Of a stretch of 64,000 nucleotides of DNA, positions 45,846 through 55,879 are shown piece by piece. The DNA is taken from NCBI GenBank assembly GCA_963719755.1, contig CAVRDA010000006.1, forward strand, positions 17,309 to 81,308. Direction: 5' to 3'. Source of the DNA: Vicinamibacteria bacterium (GTDB lineage: Bacteria > Acidobacteriota > Vicinamibacteria > Vicinamibacterales > JAENWD01). The notes below the pieces were generated by a model. That model was not told the DNA's origin, did no database searches, and saw only the letters and a program-made list of their open reading frames with translations. Positions within the stretch are counted from its first letter, which is position 1. Every line of letters begins with the position of its first letter. The translations under genes were made by a program, and so were the position numbers.

Positions 45846-47234
45846 TTACGCCGTTCTGGCCCGGCGTGTCTGCTCGTGCGGCACCAGCGGCGGCATCTGC
45901 TGCGGCGGCTTCGGGAAGAGGCATCCGCGCGCGACGCGCAGGATGGTCGACGGATGGAACAGCGTCGGCGCCGGCGCCAGCAGGTTCGCCACGTCGAAGA
46001 ACTGGCGGCAGACCGCACGGTCGGCGGACGCGGCGTGGTGCAGCCGCTCGAGGTACCAGTTCACCACGTCGGTCCCGGCTGGCTTGGCGCCGGTGACGCC
46101 GGCAAACGCGAAGTCGCTGCCTGCGGCGATCGTCCAGGGCGTGTCGATGACCGCGGCGGCCTCGCGGAAGAACCGCTTCCAGAGCGGCAACCGCGAGTCG
46201 CCCGCGTCGAGGCACCGCTCGAGCGCCCGCGCCTCGAGCGCCGCGACGCTCATGCCCTGCCCGTAGAGCGGGTTGAAGCTGCAGAGGGCGTCGCCAATGA
46301 CGAGGAAGCCGCGTGGGAAGCGGTCGAGGCGCTCGTACCGCCAGCGTCGGTTGCAGGCGAAGTGATGGTACGCGGCGTCGGTAAGCGGCGTCGCCGAGCG
46401 AATCACCTCGTAGATGTCCGGCTGCGACAACGTCCTCGAGAACTCGACGAAGTCCGGCAGGCTGCCGGGCGCGCGCTCGCCCAGCCACCCGCCAAGCGTC
46501 ACAATCCACCGGTCCCCCTCCATCGCCAGCATGAAGCCGACGCGCCGGAAGTCCGGAGGCAGCGGCGCGATGATCGCGCCGATGTCTCCTCCGAGGTCCT
46601 CCGGACGCCGGGCGAAGGTCCGCGTGGTGTAGCAGAGGTCGACGTTGACGTCGTCCACCCGCGGCGGCTCGTAGCCGAGCCGCTCCAGCCACGCCGGAGT
46701 CGCCGAGCCGCGTCCGCTCGCGTCGACAACGAGCGAGGCGTGCACGTCGGCGGCGGCGCGGCCGGGAAACTGGACCCGCACGCCGGTGAAGGCCCGTCGA
46801 TCGGCCGAAGTCAACACGCCGCGCACGTGCGTGTGATCGACGATCGTCACGTTCGGCAGCCGCGTCACCAGCTGGCGCACAGTGCTCTCGAGGAGCGACC
46901 GGCTGAGGAGCAGCCCGTTGAAGCCGCTGGTGAACTTGGCCTTGTAGTAGCCGTGCTGGAACCAGCGAACGTCGCCGATGACGTCGCCGGGAACGGCGCC
47001 GGCGGACAACAGCTTCCGTTCGAGGTCGGGAAACAGCTCCTTGAGGGCCGCCAGCCCGCTGGCGAGCAGGCCGTGGCCGTGGCGGCCCTGCGGCACGCCG
47101 AGGCGGTGGCGGACTCCGGGGGGCAGCGCGTCGCGGTCAATGACGGTGACTCGCTCGAAGTGCCGGCTCAAGACGCGCGCGGCCATCAGGCCGCTCATGC
47201 TGCCGCCGATGACGACGGCGTGATCGCTTGCCAT
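45846..47234 (-). CDS. FAD-dependent monooxygenase/oxidoreductase
   Basis: VVIGGSMSGL, GVPQGRHGH, VDASGRGS, IGDALCSFNPLYGQGMS. Confidence 0.88.
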   Translation of the reverse strand: MASDHAVVIGGSMSGLMAARVLSRHFERVTVIDRDALPPGVRHRLGVPQGRHGHGLLASGLAALKELFPDLERKLLSAGAVPGDVIGDVRWFQHGYYKAKFTSGFNGLLLSRSLLESTVRQLVTRLPNVTIVDHTHVRGVLTSADRRAFTGVRVQFPGRAAADVHASLVVDASGRGSATPAWLERLGYEPPRVDDVNVDLCYTTRTFARRPEDLGGDIGAIIAPLPPDFRRVGFMLAMEGDRWIVTLGGWLGERAPGSLPDFVEFSRTLSQPDIYEVIRSATPLTDAAYHHFACNRRWRYERLDRFPRGFLVIGDALCSFNPLYGQGMSVAALEARALERCLDAGDSRLPLWKRFFREAAAVIDTPWTIAAGSDFAFAGVTGAKPAGTDVVNWYLERLHHAASADRAVCRQFFDVANLLAPAPTLFHPSTILRVARGCLFPKPPQQMPPLVPHEQTRRARTA

Positions 47235-47430
47235 GAAGACTCCGGTGGTGATGCGGACGACTGGGGAGCGCCGCCGACGGCGGCCGGGCGCATCCGAAGT
47301 GTGCGTCAGCGCCAGCCGCAAGTGGTTAGCGCGCGGTTGGATTACGGTTAGCGAAACGTGCTGGCGCCGTCTTCCCGGAGTCCTGCCAGTAGGATTCGCC
47401 CGCCGCACGCGAGTGCTACAGTAGCCGCCG

Positions 47431-48378
47431 ATGAAGCGGGCGGCGGCATGGGTCCTGGCGGCGATCGCGGCGGCAGCTGTCCTCGCCCCCGTCGTCGCGC
47501 CCCACGACCCCAACCTGCGCTTCGCCGACCACACGCACGCGCCGCCGACGCGGCTCCGCGTCTTTCACGACGGCGCGCCGCGGGCGCCGTTCTTCTACCC
47601 GCAGCGGCTGACCGATCGCCTCGAAGAGCGGTACGTCGCCGATCGCGCGCGGCCGACCGGCGTGCGATGGCTGTCGCGCGGCAGGTTGATGGTCGAACCC
47701 GAGGGTTCGCCGCCGCTGCTGCTGGCGGGCGCCGATGCCGCCGGCCGCGACGTCTTCGCGCGGACCGTCGCCGGTGCGCGCGTCTCGCTCGGCATCGGCT
47801 TCGCGGCCGTCGCCGGCGCGGCGTTGCTGGGCGTGCTGATTGGCGGACTCGCCGGGGCACAAGGCGGATGGGTGGATGCGGTTGTCATGCGCGGCATCGA
47901 CGTCGCCGCGGTCCTTCCCGCGATCTACGTCGTCGTCGCGCTGCGCGCGGCGCTGCCGCTGGTGCTCGCGCCGATGACGACGATCGTCCTCGTCACCGTC
48001 ATCCTCGCGGTGGTTGCGGCGCCGTGGATTGCCCGCGGCGTGCGCGCCATCGTCTCGGCGGAACGTGCGGCCACGCACGTGGAGGCAGCGCTCGCCGCCG
48101 GGGCGTCACGCTGGCGCGTCCTGACGCGGCACCTGCTGCCTGCCACCAGGAGCTTCGTGTTCACGCAGGCGACGCTGCTCTTCCCCGCTGCCGTGGTCGC
48201 AGAGGCGACGCTGTCGTTTGTCGGCCTCGGCCTGCCCGACACCGTGCCGAGCTGGGGCACGGCGCTGCAGGAGGCCGCCAACGTCGCCGCGCTTTCGGCT
48301 TTCCCGTGGATTCTGCTGCCCGCGGTGGCGGTGTTCGCCGTCACGTGGGCGGTCAATACGTTGACGGTTGAAGGTTGA
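47431..48378 (+). CDS. Peptide/nickel ABC transporter permease (DppC/OppC-like), orphan here
   Basis: GADAAGRDVF, GARVSL, EAA loop, EATLSFVGLG, PSWG. Confidence 0.85.
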   Translation: MKRAAAWVLAAIAAAAVLAPVVAPHDPNLRFADHTHAPPTRLRVFHDGAPRAPFFYPQRLTDRLEERYVADRARPTGVRWLSRGRLMVEPEGSPPLLLAGADAAGRDVFARTVAGARVSLGIGFAAVAGAALLGVLIGGLAGAQGGWVDAVVMRGIDVAAVLPAIYVVVALRAALPLVLAPMTTIVLVTVILAVVAAPWIARGVRAIVSAERAATHVEAALAAGASRWRVLTRHLLPATRSFVFTQATLLFPAAVVAEATLSFVGLGLPDTVPSWGTALQEAANVAALSAFPWILLPAVAVFAVTWAVNTLTVEG

Positions 48379-48490
48379 CGGTTGACGGTTGACGCCTCGA
48401 CACTGGCACTCAGCACTCCGCACTCGCACTCGGCACTCGCACTGCACTCGGCACTCGGCACTCCGCACTCGGCACTCCGCACTCCGCACT
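48360..48490. repeat. Back-to-back heptamer arrays (GGTTGAC)x~5 and (CSGCACT)x~13
   Basis: Directly visible between convergent genes. Confidence 0.92.
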
Positions 48491-49308
48491 ACCTCAAGCC
48501 TTCGAACAGATCCCGTTCCAGCTGCCGGCCGGCATTGACCCGGCTGAATACCCGATAGAACGACTGCCGGCCCCACAGCGCCTCGTGCTGTGCGGGCTGC
48601 AGCGTCTTCAGCGCCTCGTAGGCCGACACCTGCGACGCGTGGCACGACACGGCACGCCACGCCGTCTCCCAATGGGCGCGCGTGTCGATCTCGGTCGTGA
48701 TCTCCCAGTCGGGCCACGGCACCGTCGCGCGCTCGACGCCGTCGACCATCGACACGACTTTGCGAAACGCGTGCTCGTAGGCGGACCATGTCGATTGCGG
48801 CCACGCGACGTGGTACAGCTTCGACACCGCGTGCGGGGCGCGCGTCGTCCTCGTCCGCCCAGGTCGCGTCGGCCGCGGTGATGAGCGCGGCGCCGGTGAA
48901 CTGCGAAATCGCGATGTGATCGGGATGCCCGTAAGCGCCATCCGGTCCGAAGGTGAGGACGACCTGCGGCCGGATGCGCCGGACGTGGCGCGCGATGCGC
49001 GTCATCACCTCGCGCGGATCGGCTCGATCGAGCCGCTGGTCCTCGAAGCCAAGCAGTGAGACTTCGCGGATCCCCAGCACCGACGCCGCCGCCCGCAGTT
49101 CGTGTTCGCGAATCCGCGCCAGCGCTTCGACCCCCGGATGTTCCGGCGGGTCGCGGTGGCCATGAAATCGCCCGCGCTCGCCCGGCGTCGCCGTGACGAG
49201 AAAGGTCTCGACGCCCTCCGACGCGTACTTCGCCAGCGTGCCGCCAATCCCCAGCGACTCGTCATCCGGGTGCGCAAGCACTGCGAGCAGGCGAAGCGGT
49301 TCGGTCAT
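48489..49308 (-). CDS. PIG-L family deacetylase (frameshift near 48850)
   Basis: AHPDDE, RE.ELR.AA..LG, GAYGHPDH, CHASQ. Confidence 0.9.
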
Positions 49309-49339
49309 GTGCGGATTCTACTCACTCAACACGCAGCCC

Positions 49340-49457
49340 GTGGCACCCACCTCAGCACATGGCACGTGGCACCCAGCGCGGCACGTTGCACGCTGCACGC
49401 GGCACCCGGCGTGGCACGCGACACCCGGCGGGGACGCTGCACGCGGCACGCAGCACT
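49340..49457. repeat. Degenerate heptamer array (YKGCACG)
   Basis: tggcacg tggcacc ttgcacg ctgcacg cggcacc and similar, in the divergent intergenic region. Confidence 0.8.
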
Positions 49458-49471
49458 TGTTATAGTGCCCC

Positions 49472-50365
49472 ATGCCCCCAACAACCCTCCGCGGGATCTT
49501 CGCGCCCGTCACGACGCCGTTTGCCGGCGACGAGGTGGATCTGCCCGCCTTCCGGCGCAACACTCGACATTACGCGACCACCCCGCTTGCCGGCATCGTC
49601 GTGCTCGGCAGCAACGGCGAGGCGCCATCACTTGACGACGACGAGTCGGATGCGATCGTGGAAGCCGCGCGCGCGGAGTATCCGCGGGAGAAGTGGCTCA
49701 TCGCCGGCACGGGCCGCGAGTCGGTGCGGCAGACGCTCTCCGCCTCCAGGCGCGCCGCGGCGCTTGGCGCGGACGCCGTGATGGTGCGCACGCCGGGGTT
49801 CTTCAAGGGCCGCATCACCGCCGAGGCCCTGGTGCAGGTCCTACACGGCCGTGGCCGACGGCTCGCCGGTTCCCGTGATCCTCTACAACATCGCCGCGTT
49901 CACCGGCGTGAACCTGCTGCCCGAAACCGCCGCGACGCTCTCGGCCCATCCCAACGTCATCGGCCTCAAGGACAGCGGCGGCGACGTCGCCGTCATCAGC
50001 GACCTCGTCGCGCAGTGCCGGCCGGGCTTCCCCATCCTCGCCGGATCGACGACGACGCTGTATGCGTCGCTGTGCGTCGGCGCGATGGGCGCGACCACCG
50101 GTCCGGGCGCCGTCGTGCCAGACGTCTGCGCCGCGCTCCAGGATGCTGTCGAGCGCGGCGATCACGATGAGGCGCGGCGCCTGCAGGCGCTGCTGATGCC
50201 GCTGGCCAAGTCGGTCGGGCCGAAGTGGAGCGTCCCGGGATTGAAGGTGGCCGTGGACGCCTGCGGCCTCGCCGGCGGGCCACCGCGCCTGCCGTTGCTG
50301 CCGGTGCCGGAGGCGGGAGTCCGGGAGATCCACGGACAGGTGGCGGCGCTCAAGGGAGCGCGGGA
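49472..50365 (+). CDS. DapA-family aldolase, HOGA-like (frameshift near 49840; no stop before next gene)
   Basis: TTPF, LGSNGE, ILYN, HPNVIGLKDSGGD, PRLPLLP. Confidence 0.85.
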
Positions 50366-50409
50366 GCGGAGGAGCGTGGGAGCGTCACGTTCCCATGCTC
50401 CTCACGCTC
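50354..50409. repeat. Inverted pair of 8-9-nt sub-repeats (GGGAGCGT ... ACGCTC)
   Basis: gagcggaggagcgtgggagcgt and acgttcccatgctcctcacgctc. Confidence 0.65.
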
Positions 50410-50426
50410 TTCTACAATGTTCCCCC

Positions 50427-51500
50427 ATGACTGAGCGTCTGTTGTTCGGCCCCGGCCCGTCGATGGTCTCCGCGCGTGTGATGAGCGCGCTCGGACGGCC
50501 CGTCCTGGGCCATCTCAATCCCGTCCTCCTCGGCGTGATGGACGATCTCCGCGCGCGTCTTGGCCGCGTGTTTCGCGCGCCGGCCGGCTCGCGTGTCCTC
50601 GCGATATCCGGCACGGGAACCTCCGCGATGGAGACCGCGGTCGCGAATCTCATCGAGCCAGGACGGAAGGCGCTCGTGGTCGTCACGGGCTATTTCGGGT
50701 TGCGGCTCGCGGAGATCTGCACGCGCTACGGCGCCGAGGTGAAGACCGTCGACGCGGAATGGGGCCGCGCGGTCGACCCGGCGGCGGTTGAGGCCGCGCT
50801 GGCGGGCTTCCCGGCCGATGTCGTGTTCGTCGTCCACGCGGAGACCTCGACCGGCGTCAGGAATCCCGTGCCCCAGATCGCGGCGCTGGCGCATCAGCGC
50901 GGAGCGCTGGTCGTCGCCGACTGCGTGACCTCTCTCGGCGGCCAGGAAGTGGATATGGCCGCGTGGGGTGTCGACCTGGCGTATTCGGGTGCGCAGAAGT
51001 GCCTGGGCGCGCCGTCGGGGATGGCCCCGATTGCCGTCGCACCGGCGGCGCTCGATCGGCTGGTGCGCTGCCGCAGCTTCTACTTCGACCTCGCGCTGCT
51101 CGAGGACTACTGGGCCGGCCGCAAGTATCACCACACGATCTGCTCGCCGCTGGTCTACGCCTTCCACGAAGCGCTGGTCGCGATCGAAGAGGAAGGTCTC
51201 GAGGCGCGCTGGGCACGACACGCGCGCGTGCACCAGGCATTTGCCGCCGGCCTTGCCAGGCTCGGGATGTCGCTGCTGCCGCCGCCCGACGAGCGCCTGA
51301 TGACGCTCAACACCGTGCGGATTCCCGACGGCGTCAACGACGCCGCCGTCCGCACCGCGTTGCGCGATCGCTTCAGCATCGAGATCGGCGCCGGCATGGG
51401 ACCGCTCGCCGGCAAGATCTGGCGCGTCGGCCTCATGGGCGCGTCCGCCACCGACGCGCACGTGCTCACGCTCCTTGGAGCACTCAAGAACAGTCTGTGA
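50427..51500 (+). CDS. Alanine-glyoxylate/serine-pyruvate aminotransferase (class V)
   Basis: LFGPGPS, SGTGTSAME, VHAETSTG, DCVTSLGG, SGAQKCLGAPSG, YHHT, WRVGLMG. Confidence 0.92.
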   Translation: MTERLLFGPGPSMVSARVMSALGRPVLGHLNPVLLGVMDDLRARLGRVFRAPAGSRVLAISGTGTSAMETAVANLIEPGRKALVVVTGYFGLRLAEICTRYGAEVKTVDAEWGRAVDPAAVEAALAGFPADVVFVVHAETSTGVRNPVPQIAALAHQRGALVVADCVTSLGGQEVDMAAWGVDLAYSGAQKCLGAPSGMAPIAVAPAALDRLVRCRSFYFDLALLEDYWAGRKYHHTICSPLVYAFHEALVAIEEEGLEARWARHARVHQAFAAGLARLGMSLLPPPDERLMTLNTVRIPDGVNDAAVRTALRDRFSIEIGAGMGPLAGKIWRVGLMGASATDAHVLTLLGALKNSL

Positions 51501-51569
51501 GTCGTGGAGTCTGTGGGTCTGTGGGTCTGCGGGTCGGTAGGTCTCATCGACCCGCGACCCACAGACCTC
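51497..51569. repeat. Octamer array (CTGTGGGT) with inverted copies (ACCCACAG)
   Basis: Directly visible between convergent genes. Confidence 0.8.
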
Positions 51570-51578
51570 TGTTTGTCG

Positions 51579-52886
51579 TCAGTGCCCGTGTACCCGTTGT
51601 GCCGCGTTTGCGAGCACATACTCGGCGATCAACTTCGCGCGATCGCGTGCGGATTCCATCGCGAAGCGGAAGTGGATCCCCGACCAGATGCGCGCGCCGA
51701 ACGCGTCGTCGGCGGCCGCGCTCAGGTTCGGCCACTGCCGCGTCACCCCGAGCGTCGGGTTGAAGCCTTCAACCGGAAAGTTGTCGCCGAAGTACACGAT
51801 CAGCACCGTCGCCGACGACCGGCTGATGCTCTGGTGCCCCGAATCGTAGTCCGGATACGCCGGCGTCCCGATGAGCGGCAGCCAGGCGGCATTGGGCGTC
51901 GTGTCGGGGTTGTTGTCGGTGTCAGCCAGTCGAATCGCGGTGATCGGCCGCCAGAAGTTGAAATGGACTTTAGCGTCCCAGCACGAGATGATCGCGTCGG
52001 CCTGCGCGACGGTCAGCAGCGCGAACAGCCGGGCGTTGTCCGAGAGCGTGAGGTGGTTCGCCCGCGACGCGGCGACGGCGAACTGGTACCAGGCGTTGCC
52101 GCCGGTCGCCCACCACCGTGCCGACAGGGTCTGGTCCGCAGAGCGCGTGGCGCTGGTGTCCTGGCCGAACTCCTTTACCTCCTTGAAGTTGTCGGTGTAC
52201 TCCTGGCTCGTCATCGACGGCGGTCCGTCGAGGGGCCGGAACGCCAGCGGCGAGTCGATGACGAACGGTTCGGTGATCGACATGTTGAACCCGGCCATCG
52301 GCGCAAACAGCGGCAGCGTAGGACGCCACTCGCCGGGGTCGGTGCCACCCGTGAACGTGTTGTTAGGCGGGTTGAGGCCGTCGGCCGCGCGCCACGCCAG
52401 GATCTCGAGCGCCACGTGCTCGCCCCAGGCCCTGCCCCGCTCGATCGACGTGCTGTGGTCCTGGCCGGCTTCATCGGCGATGTCAGCGAGGATCGCCTCC
52501 AGGTCTGCGTCGAAGTCGGCGATCTGTGACGGGAACAGCCCGGCGAGAGCCGTGTAGCCCGCCTGCGCCGCCGCGGCCCGCACCGATGCGCCGCGCGGGG
52601 CGTCCGGCGCCACGTGAATGGGCGTGTACCGCCGCTCGATGCCGTTGACCGCGTCGAAGATAGAGACGTGGACGATGGCCACCGTTCGTGGCCCGGCGAA
52701 ACCGGCAACCCCTCCCGTCGCCAAGGCGCGAAGGGTCGCCGCGTTCCACTTGAGCACCGCGTCGTCCTGGGCGGCCACAGGCGAGGCCGCCAGCAGCGCG
52801 CCGAACAGGACGCTTGCCGCAGTCAGAAATCCGGTAGTGCCTGCTGACCGACTTGCCATCCCGAACGCCGAGGGTCGCAATGTCAT
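51579..52886 (-). CDS. Vanadium-dependent haloperoxidase/PAP2 superfamily protein, exported
   Basis: K..FNFWRP, TPAYPDYDSGH, ARIWSGIHFR, signal peptide, GGAGG RBS. Confidence 0.88.
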   Translation of the reverse strand: MTLRPSAFGMASRSAGTTGFLTAASVLFGALLAASPVAAQDDAVLKWNAATLRALATGGVAGFAGPRTVAIVHVSIFDAVNGIERRYTPIHVAPDAPRGASVRAAAAQAGYTALAGLFPSQIADFDADLEAILADIADEAGQDHSTSIERGRAWGEHVALEILAWRAADGLNPPNNTFTGGTDPGEWRPTLPLFAPMAGFNMSITEPFVIDSPLAFRPLDGPPSMTSQEYTDNFKEVKEFGQDTSATRSADQTLSARWWATGGNAWYQFAVAASRANHLTLSDNARLFALLTVAQADAIISCWDAKVHFNFWRPITAIRLADTDNNPDTTPNAAWLPLIGTPAYPDYDSGHQSISRSSATVLIVYFGDNFPVEGFNPTLGVTRQWPNLSAAADDAFGARIWSGIHFRFAMESARDRAKLIAEYVLANAAQRVHGH

Positions 52887-53031
52887 GTCGTCCTCCCAGA
52901 CGCGTTTCCGGTGATAGCGCAAGGGAGAAAACGACGCTGCGATAGGGAAGCGGACAGTTAGGGTTGGTCATGGGTACGTGGATGCCGCGAGGACAGACCC
53001 ACGACCCATACCGGCGCCATAGAATGGCCGC

Positions 53032-54412
53032 ATGGCGACGCGATCCAGCTCGGCCATCAGCGGCATCACCAGACGAGCGTTTCTCGGCGGCGCGGCGGCC
53101 CTGGCGGGATGCGCGCCGATGCGGACGCAAGGCGGGCCGCAGCCCCCGGCGCCCGGCGGCCCATCGCTGCGGCTCGGCATCATCGGCGTCGGCGGACGCG
53201 GCGCTAACAACCTCGAAGACGTCGAGGGCCCGGGAGTCGCCATCGTCGCGTTGTGCGATTGCGACCAGCGGCAGACGGCGAAGGCCTTCGCGCGCTATCC
53301 CGAAGCGCGGCGCTACGTCGACTGGCGGAAGATGCTCGAGCAGGAAGCTGCCGGCATTGACGCGGTCGTCATCTCGACGCCGGACCACCATCACGCGGCT
53401 GCCGCGATCGCGGCGATGAAAGCCGGCAAGCACGTCTACTGCGAGAAGCCGCTGGCGCACAGCATCTGGGAAGCGCGCGAGATGGCGCGGGTTGCGCGCG
53501 AGACCGGCATGGTCACGCAGATGGGCACGCAGGGCCACGCCTACGAGGGCACGCGGCGCGCGGTCGAGGTGATCCGCTCGGGTGCGCTCGGCGAAGTGCG
53601 CGAACTGCATGTGTGGACGGACCGTCCCGCGGGCTGGTGGCCACAGGGCGTGGCGCGCCCGTCGGATACGCCGCCGGTGCCGCCGGAGCTGGACTGGGAC
53701 GTCTGGCTGGGCCCGGCACCGACCGGCCCTACAACCCCGCGTATGTGCCGTTCAAATGGCGCGGCTTCTGGGACTTCGGCACCGGCGCCATCGGCGACAT
53801 GGGGATCCACAACCTCGATACCGCGTACTGGGGTCTGGAGCTGGGGCTGCCGACGTCGGTAACAGTGAAGGCCGCCGAGCCAGCGCTCGACGACGCGCGG
53901 TCGAAGGAAAGCGCGCCGGTCTGGAGCATCATCGAGCTGCGGTTCCCGGAGCGCGCCGGCCAGCCGCCGATCACGATGACGTGGTACGACGGCGGCAAGT
54001 TGCCGCCAACGGAGCTCTTTCAGGGTCAGAAGCTCATCACCAGGGACGGCGGCTCGCTCGTGATCGGCACGAAGGGCACGCTTTTCACGCGCACGTGGCA
54101 TGGCGGGCAGAACGACGCCGACATGTTCGTGCTGCTGCCGCGACAGCGCTTCGCGAAATTTGAGCCGCCCGCCGCCGACGCTGCCGCGCGTGTCGAGCCA
54201 CCACCATGAGTGGGTCGAGGCGTGCCTGGCCGGGGACAGGCGAATCGAACTTCGTGTATGCGGCCACTCTCACCGAGACGCTGTTGCTCGGCAACGTCGC
54301 GCTGCGGGCGGGCGGCTCTGTTGAATGGGACGCTGAAAGCATGCGCGCCCGCAATATCCCGCAGGCCGAGCCGTACATCCGCCCCGCGTTTCGCGCCGGT
54401 TGGGGACTTTAA
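53032..54412 (+). CDS. Gfo/Idh/MocA oxidoreductase with Tat signal (several frameshifts)
   Basis: TRRAFL, GVGGRG, STPDHHH, YCEKPL, DWDVWLGPAP, GAIGDMGIH. Confidence 0.88.
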
Positions 54413-55298
54413 TGCCGCCGCGGGCTGGTTTCGCGATTCCCGGCTGCTCGAGAAAGGCGGCGACGATCCGCTGCGCAGTGCCCAGACGGTAGGCGGACGT
54501 CGATCGCACGTCGTCAATGGGTGAGACGTCAGCCGCTACGGCTTCCACTGCCTCGGACACGACGTCAGGGGTGAGGCGCCGGCCCTTCAGGACGGCTTCG
54601 GCGTGACGGAGCCGTCGAGGTGTCGGCGCCATGCTCCCGAGCGCGAGGCGCACCTCGGCCACGGTTGCGTCCTTCGCGACCCACAACACGCCTGCCAGGA
54701 CGATCTTCGAGATCGCCTGGGCCGCGCGCGTGCCGACCTTGCGGAAGATCTGGCGGTCCGGCGGGCGCGCCGGCATCGGCAGCTCGATCGCCTCGATCAA
54801 TTCTCCCGGCTCGAGCGTCGTCTTCTTCACGCCGGCGAATATCTCCTCGATCGGGACGATGCGGCGGCCGCTGGCGCTCGCGACGTGCACGCGCGCTTCG
54901 TAGACCAGCAGCGGCGGAACGCTGTCGGCCGCCGGCGACGCGTTCGCGATGTTCCCGCCGATGGTGCCGCGCGCCTGAATCTGCACGCCGCCGATGGTCG
55001 CGGCTGCCTCGGCGAGCAGCGGATACCGCCGGAGAATGCCCGGATGCCGCTGCAGCGCCACGTAGGTAGCGAGCGATCCGATCCGCAGGCTCCGCGTGCC
55101 GTTCACGATGCGCGTCCACTCGCCCAGCCGCGACAGATCCAGCACCTCCCGGCCGTTGAGCACGCCGAGATTCCACGACACCATCAGGTCGGTGCCGCCG
55201 GCCAGCGGCAGCGCCGCCGGCGTGCGCGCGAGCTGGCGCAGCGCCTCTTTCGGCGTCGCCGGGCGGAGCACGGTCATGCTCGAGGCGTCGCCTCTCAT
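54408..55298 (-). CDS. Xanthine dehydrogenase/CoxM-family FAD-binding subunit (3' end approximate)
   Basis: LAGGTDL, IGGVQIQARGTIGGNIANASPAAD, SPIDDVRSTSAYR. Confidence 0.85.
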
Positions 55299-55879
55299 CG
55301 GCGCGCCCGCTTTCCGCTGGCGGGCGCAGCCCGCAGCCATCCCCTTCGATGCCCCTCCGCGCGACGGAGCGAGCGCGCCCTCTTGGCCCGCACGGCCCGA
55401 ACGACCGCGTCGACGATGTGCTGATAGCCGGTGCAGCGGCAGAGATTGCCGGCCAGCACGCGACGGATCGATTCCGCGGTCGGCCGCGCCGCCCTGCTCG
55501 ATCCACGCGGTCGCCGTCATCAGCATGCCCGGCGTGCAGATGCCGCACTGCGCGCCGCCAGTCTCGAGAAACGACTGCTGCAACGCATCGAGCGCGTCCG
55601 CCCTGTGGCGGCGACGGGCCGCCCTCCCGGAGCGAGCGACTCGACCGTGCGCACGGACCGTCCCTCCATCTGGCAGATTGGCACCAGGCAGCTCGTCACC
55701 GGCACGCCGTCGACGAGCACCGTGCACGCACCGCACTCGCCCTCGCCGCAGCCTTCTTTCGTGCCAGTGAGGTGCAGGTCCTCACGAAGCACGTCGATGA
55801 GTCGCCGGAACGGCGGTCCGCCGTACCGCTGGCGCCGGCGATTGACGACGAGCTCGAGGACGCGCGAGGACTGCGGCAC
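55295..55879 (-). CDS. Xanthine dehydrogenase/CoxS-family 2Fe-2S subunit (frameshifts)
   Basis: TGTKEGCGEGECGAC, QCGICTPG, GNLCRCTGY. Confidence 0.88.
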
